Part shown: piece after piece, positions 59,596 to 64,000 of the stretch | Position numbering within the stretch: the first letter of the stretch is position 1 | How the letters are laid out: every line of letters begins with the position of its first letter | Assembly: GCA_039193885.1 (NCBI GenBank) | Contig: JBCCWL010000002.1 | Location: 41,854-105,853, forward strand | Source: Pseudomonadota bacterium | Lineage (GTDB): Bacteria > Pseudomonadota > Alphaproteobacteria > Rhodobacterales > Rhodobacteraceae | Direction: 5' to 3' | DNA: 64,000 bases | Notes under the pieces: model-generated | Told to the model about the DNA's origin: nothing | Seen by the model: the letters and a program-made list of their open reading frames with translations, nothing else | Database searches by the model: none | Program-made: the position numbers and the translations under genes

Positions 59596-59880
59596 ATGAA
59601 CCCACTAACAATTGAGATGATCGGTTTGGCAGCTGGCCTCACCAATCTCTCAAGTTCTATTCCGCAATTGATCGCAAATCTGCGAAACCCTGATGCAGCA
59701 TCCAAGCAGAGCCCTTCGCGAAATGCCTGCCAATGTGCAGGCAATGTTCTTTGGCTTGTCTACGGCATAGCTGTGAATTCGGTGGCGATGATGATCTTTT
59801 CAACGCTTGGCAGTGTGATGGCTGGCTTGTTGCTAGCACAGGTCTTGAGCGCCGCACGTTCAGTGCCCGAACCAACTTAG
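59596..59880 (+). CDS. SemiSWEET/PQ-loop family small transporter
   Basis: 94 aa, three hydrophobic helices, IGLAAG...IPQ, LWLVYG; GGAGA RBS. Confidence 0.72.
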   Translation: MNPLTIEMIGLAAGLTNLSSSIPQLIANLRNPDAASKQSPSRNACQCAGNVLWLVYGIAVNSVAMMIFSTLGSVMAGLLLAQVLSAARSVPEPT

Positions 59881-60276
59881 CTCGCAGATAAGTTCGCCTG
59901 GTCGGTGCCACAGTCAATGGCCAAACCATTTGGGAGCTGGCCCGTCCGTGTCTCGCGTACACTTTGTCGCCTTCTGAAGATCCTCGCGCTCAAACAAGCA
60001 CTATGCTTTGACCGCGCGGTGCCTTTGGTGGGATCAGGGGGCGCGACCAAGACTGAGATAAACGGGGCGCGCGCCGGATCAGAACCATTGAGCTCAGGTC
60101 ATGGACGGATTTTCGGTGTTCTTAAATACCAAGCACGATACGAAACACAGGCCGATCCTGGAAACTGAGCCTGTAAAACCGCCCTGAAGGCATGGCCTTT
60201 TCAAACTGAGCCCAATCGCGCGAAACGCATGTCCGAACCCTTGCAATTGAATAAGCGCCGAAGATTTTCGGAGCGG

Positions 60277-62070
60277 TCATTCGCCCAAAGCAATGCCTTC
60301 ACGCCTGGGATCGGCACCACCGCTCAGCGTGTCAGATACACCGATCGCATGCAGGCCGGAGTTCAATCCGCGCAAGCTGACCTCATATCCCAACCCCGTC
60401 AGTGCAGTTTCCAAGTCCACTGCGTCTGTGTCTTCTTCAACGTCGAAGGTGCCAAAGCGGTTGACCAGATGCGGCATTGAAACGGCTTGTTGAACGTCCA
60501 TGTCCCAGTCGATGTGGGCTATGATGGCTTGCGCAACATAGCCAATGATCCGGCTGCCACCTGGCGACCCGATGACAAGGGTTGGAGCCCCGTCCTGCAA
60601 AACGATGGTCGGTGCCATCGACGAGCGAGGCCGCTTGCCAGGTTCGATCCGGTTTGCAATGGGCACCCCATCGCTATGGGTTCGAAACGAGAAATCGGTC
60701 AGCTCATTGTTCAACAGAAAGCCGCGCACCATCAAACGTGAGCCGAAGCCGTTCTCGATGGTTGTCGTCATGGAAAGCGCGTTGCCGTACTGGTCTACAA
60801 TGGAAATATGCGAGGTTGACGGCAACTCAAGCGACTGATCATCGGCATAAAGCATCGCATGATCCCATTCGGGTGATCCGGCAGACACCTCTGGCAACGC
60901 GTCGTCCCTTTCAAGAAGCGCCGCGCGCGCGTCCAGATAGGCCTCGGCGGTTAGCCCTTCGGTTGGCATGGGGACAAAATCACTGTCGGCCATGTAGCGA
61001 CCTCGGTCGGCAAAAGCCAACCGGGACGCGTCGCCAATCAAACGCCAGGCCTCAGCGCTTTCAGGCCCCAGAGCCGCAAGGTCGAAACGGTCCAGCATAC
61101 CCAGAATTTGCCCAACCGTCAGCGCGCCCGAGGAGGGCGGTCCCATGCCACAAACGTCATGCGTACGATAGGACACACAGACAGGCTCACGCTCGATGAC
61201 CTGGTAAATTTCAAGATCTGTCTTGTTCAACACACCAGGATTGCCCGCTGCAGTCCGAACAGTGGCGACGATATCGTCCGCAATCGGGCCTGTGTAGAAT
61301 GCCTCGCTGCCATGTGCGGCGATCAGCCTAAGGGTGTCGGCATACGCAGGGTTCACTAGGGTATCTCCGGCCTGAAGAGCGCGTCCACCCGGAAAGAAAT
61401 AGTCAGCTGTCCGTTTGAAAGTCTGAAGCCGCTCAGCCCCACCAGCGATCGAGCCCGCCAGTCGCTCAGAGACTGTAAACCCTTCTTCGGCCAGAGAAAT
61501 TGCCGGTGCAAATAGGCTCCCCCATTCGGCGCGCCCCCAACGCGCATGCGCCTGCTCTAAAAGCATCGGGGTCCCCGGTGTTCCGACGGACCTGCCGCCG
61601 ATTACCGCGTCCCAAAACCCAAGCGGTTCACCGTCTTCGGATTGAAACAGCGTCGGCGTGACCGCCAAAGGGGCAGTCTCGCGCCCATCCAGCGTCGTGA
61701 CAGTGCCGGAATTTGCGTCGAACCAAACAAGAAATGCACCGCCACCCAGACCGGAAGATTGAGGCTCGACCAGCCCAAGCACAGCTTGAACAGCAACCAT
61801 GGCATCTGCGGCAGTCCCGCCGTTCCTTAGAACCTCGGCCCCGGCCTCAACCGCCAACGGGTTGGCCGCAGCCACCATCCAGTTCTCGGCCATGGCTGGC
61901 CTGCCGGCCTCCTTTGCGTCCAAAGCTGCACGAGCGGCTCCTGAAAGCGTGTCGAAGACGGACAGTTCGCTGCCAGCTTCTGGGTCGACGGCGTCAGCTG
62001 CCTGTTGCGCAAGGGCCGGCGCGTGAAAAAACGAAGCAAAAATCAACGACGACAGGAAAGAGCGTATCAT
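60277..62070 (-). CDS. ggt: Gamma-glutamyltransferase
   Basis: VEPQSSGLGGG, DGRETAP, PPSSG, catalytic TSH, LNNELTDF, GKRPRSSMAP, GSPGG, GADPRREG. Confidence 0.93.
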   Translation of the reverse strand: MIRSFLSSLIFASFFHAPALAQQAADAVDPEAGSELSVFDTLSGAARAALDAKEAGRPAMAENWMVAAANPLAVEAGAEVLRNGGTAADAMVAVQAVLGLVEPQSSGLGGGAFLVWFDANSGTVTTLDGRETAPLAVTPTLFQSEDGEPLGFWDAVIGGRSVGTPGTPMLLEQAHARWGRAEWGSLFAPAISLAEEGFTVSERLAGSIAGGAERLQTFKRTADYFFPGGRALQAGDTLVNPAYADTLRLIAAHGSEAFYTGPIADDIVATVRTAAGNPGVLNKTDLEIYQVIEREPVCVSYRTHDVCGMGPPSSGALTVGQILGMLDRFDLAALGPESAEAWRLIGDASRLAFADRGRYMADSDFVPMPTEGLTAEAYLDARAALLERDDALPEVSAGSPEWDHAMLYADDQSLELPSTSHISIVDQYGNALSMTTTIENGFGSRLMVRGFLLNNELTDFSFRTHSDGVPIANRIEPGKRPRSSMAPTIVLQDGAPTLVIGSPGGSRIIGYVAQAIIAHIDWDMDVQQAVSMPHLVNRFGTFDVEEDTDAVDLETALTGLGYEVSLRGLNSGLHAIGVSDTLSGGADPRREGIALGE

Positions 62071-62452
62071 TCGAAAATCCTCCTTGTTTGCAATGCAACA
62101 ATGCTGACCTACTGCGAGCGCGATGCAAACCCTTTGGTGCAAGTCACGCAAAGAAATTGGCGTCTCGGTCCAAAACTGCCTTGCGACTGACTTGGCAAAA
62201 TCCACAAATTCACCCGACGTTGCGATCCGCCGCTGTTTGAAGGAAATCTGAAGTCAGCTCAGTTGGACTGGTCAGGTGGCCTGGCCAGCCAACGCGTCCA
62301 GTTCGAGCCGCCGTTGGTTTGAGCAGTTACCGCACAGTTCCGCCATCGCTGACGCTACAGCAAAGAAATACACGCACGATCATCCGAAGCCCGCAAACGG
62401 GTGCTTTATCAATACAAACGCCTCGGAATATACGTAATGAAACTGTAACAAG

Positions 62453-63172
62453 TTATAAAAGGAAACGTTTAACCACTTGATTGAAAATCTCTTGCTCCTC
62501 GAGATGCGCGAGATGCGCGCAGCCGGGCAGCACGCAAAGAGATGAATCTTTCAATCCATTCCAAAGCTGGTTGATTTGTGCCCAGTTATAGCTCCGATCC
62601 CACTCGCCCCAAATAATCAGCGTCTTGGCATCGATCTTGCTGAGCTCTGCCGTGCCCGACCAGCTTTCCATCGCCTCCAATCCGGCAAGTATCGCGGGCA
62701 ATTGCGCTAATCTGGCGAGTGCAGCGACGGCCGGAAAATTTGGACAATACTCCCTTTTTAAAAGCCAGGTCGCTGAGATTCGATTGACTGTGGATTCAGC
62801 GCCATCTTTTTGCGCGCGGAGCCTGCTTTCTTCCATCGTTTCAAAGCGTCCGGGAATATTGCCAACAGGACCAGTCCCATAAAGGATCAGGCGGTCCAAC
62901 GACTCCGCATCCAACCGGGAAATTTCCTGGGCAATCATCCCGCCCATAGAGTGACCTAGTAGATGGTATCGGTTGATCCCTTTTTGGCGCAGTTGACCGA
63001 TCACCCAAGAGGCAAAACTTTCGATCCGGTCGAGCGGAGCAAGATGCGCGTTTGTACCAAAGCCGGGAAGATCCACAGCAACAATCTGCCTGTCACGCCC
63101 CAGTGCCGTTGCAAGCGCGTCCCACTGCTGGCTGCCACCTAGGAAGCCATGCAGTAAGACGAGCGGGATCAC
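62453..63172 (-). CDS. Alpha/beta hydrolase
   Basis: LHGFLGG, DLPGFG, GHSMGG, AHLAHLE; overlaps the permease stop. Confidence 0.85.
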   Translation of the reverse strand: MIPLVLLHGFLGGSQQWDALATALGRDRQIVAVDLPGFGTNAHLAPLDRIESFASWVIGQLRQKGINRYHLLGHSMGGMIAQEISRLDAESLDRLILYGTGPVGNIPGRFETMEESRLRAQKDGAESTVNRISATWLLKREYCPNFPAVAALARLAQLPAILAGLEAMESWSGTAELSKIDAKTLIIWGEWDRSYNWAQINQLWNGLKDSSLCVLPGCAHLAHLEEQEIFNQVVKRFLL

Positions 63173-64000
63173 CCTTTTTGGCCTTGGACAATCCGATCAA
63201 GGATCATGGCACAAAACAGGATCGAGAACCCTGCTAGGATACCCTGGCCGACATTGGCGTATTGCAGCGCTTCCAGGACGTCCTCGCCGAGACCTTTCGC
63301 ACCGATCAACGATGCCACAACGACCATCGCGAGGGAGAGCATGATGGTCTGATTGATGCCCGCGCGGATCGACGGACTGGCCAGGGGAAGATCAACTTTC
63401 GTAAGCAGATACCACTTGTTTGCTCCAAAGCTGATAGCGGCTTCGCGCACACTTTCCGGCACGCCACGAAGACCCAGAACAGTCAAGCGTACAACCGGCG
63501 TACCTCCAAATATCATTGTTGTGACCACTGCCGCCGGTTTTCCAGTGCCAAAGAAGGCGATCACCGGGATCATGAAGACGAATGCTGGCATCGTTTGCAT
63601 AAAGTCCATTATCGGTTGGATGAAGCGGTAAAAGCGAGGGCGTCGTGCCGCGAACATACCTAGCGGAATGCCGATGATAATTGACAAACAAGCCGCAGTG
63701 CCAAGCAGAGCAAGCGTCGTCATCGCTTTCTCCCAGAATCCAAGCAGGCCCATGTAAGCAAGGAATGCACCGGAATAAATCGCCATCCTCACACCCGCTG
63801 TGAGCCATGTCAGCAATATGATGAGCGAGGCGATGACAATCCAGGGTGTACTGACGAATATGAGCTCTAGCGCGTCAAGCATAAGCCGGATGCCATATGT
63901 GATCCCATCGAATAGAGCATCCCCATTCAACACTGCCCAGTTGAAGAATGCTTCGACACTGTCAATGCTTACAAGTCGGATGTCAGGGTCCGTCGGAAAG
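63169..64000 (-). CDS. Glycine betaine/proline-family (ProW-type) ABC permease, 5' truncated
   Basis: DFMQTMPAFV, EAAISFGA, AGINQTIMLSLAMVV, GAKGLG, ILDR; frame is open to the window edge. Confidence 0.88.
   Translation of the reverse strand, partial: FPTDPDIRLVSIDSVEAFFNWAVLNGDALFDGITYGIRLMLDALELIFVSTPWIVIASLIILLTWLTAGVRMAIYSGAFLAYMGLLGFWEKAMTTLALLGTAACLSIIIGIPLGMFAARRPRFYRFIQPIMDFMQTMPAFVFMIPVIAFFGTGKPAAVVTTMIFGGTPVVRLTVLGLRGVPESVREAAISFGANKWYLLTKVDLPLASPSIRAGINQTIMLSLAMVVVASLIGAKGLGEDVLEALQYANVGQGILAGFSILFCAMILDRIVQGQKG

Noticed and set aside
60162-60212. Direct repeat AAACTGAGCC x2
   Set aside because: Only two 10-bp copies; no CRISPR, IS or att context.
62071-62452. Spacer of about 380 bp upstream of ggt as possible sRNA or riboswitch
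   Set aside because: Only weak hairpins; no Rfam-like motif recognised by eye.
1-64000. Mobile elements, prophage, CRISPR, defence systems, tRNA/rRNA
   Set aside because: No transposase, integrase, cas or nuclease motifs, repeat arrays or structural RNA signatures seen.

Overview
A gene-dense, GC-rich alphaproteobacterial window. Protein style and gene content point to Rhodobacteraceae/Roseobacter group (inference), and it reads like a transport and catabolism region. In order: zur-znuCB; a family-5 (Dpp/Opp) ABC system with a divergent binding protein and an FrcK-like kinase; an ABM-gnd-idnD/SDR sugar-acid block; abrB-gntR; an RND pump; a LysR-controlled cluster resembling the trigonelline (tgn) pathway; a complete pha/mrp antiporter operon; two tandem sugar-type ABC importers under a divergent LacI repressor; pirin-kefF-kefC-MDR and an OYE; an SRPBCC-YciI-ECF42 module; LysR/MDR; the smo/mtlK polyol operon; a small decayed accessory patch (atzF remnant, DUF418, SemiSWEET); ggt; a hydrolase; and a truncated ProW-type permease. 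I saw no rRNA, tRNA, CRISPR, phage or IS. The standout is the last gene of the tandem ABC operon (30323-31471). It is a full-length homologue of the Vibrio AI-2 receptor LuxP that appears to keep the borate-contacting residues, but it is linked to an ABC permease and ATPase instead of a LuxQ kinase. All homology calls come from motif recognition and memory, not from database searches.
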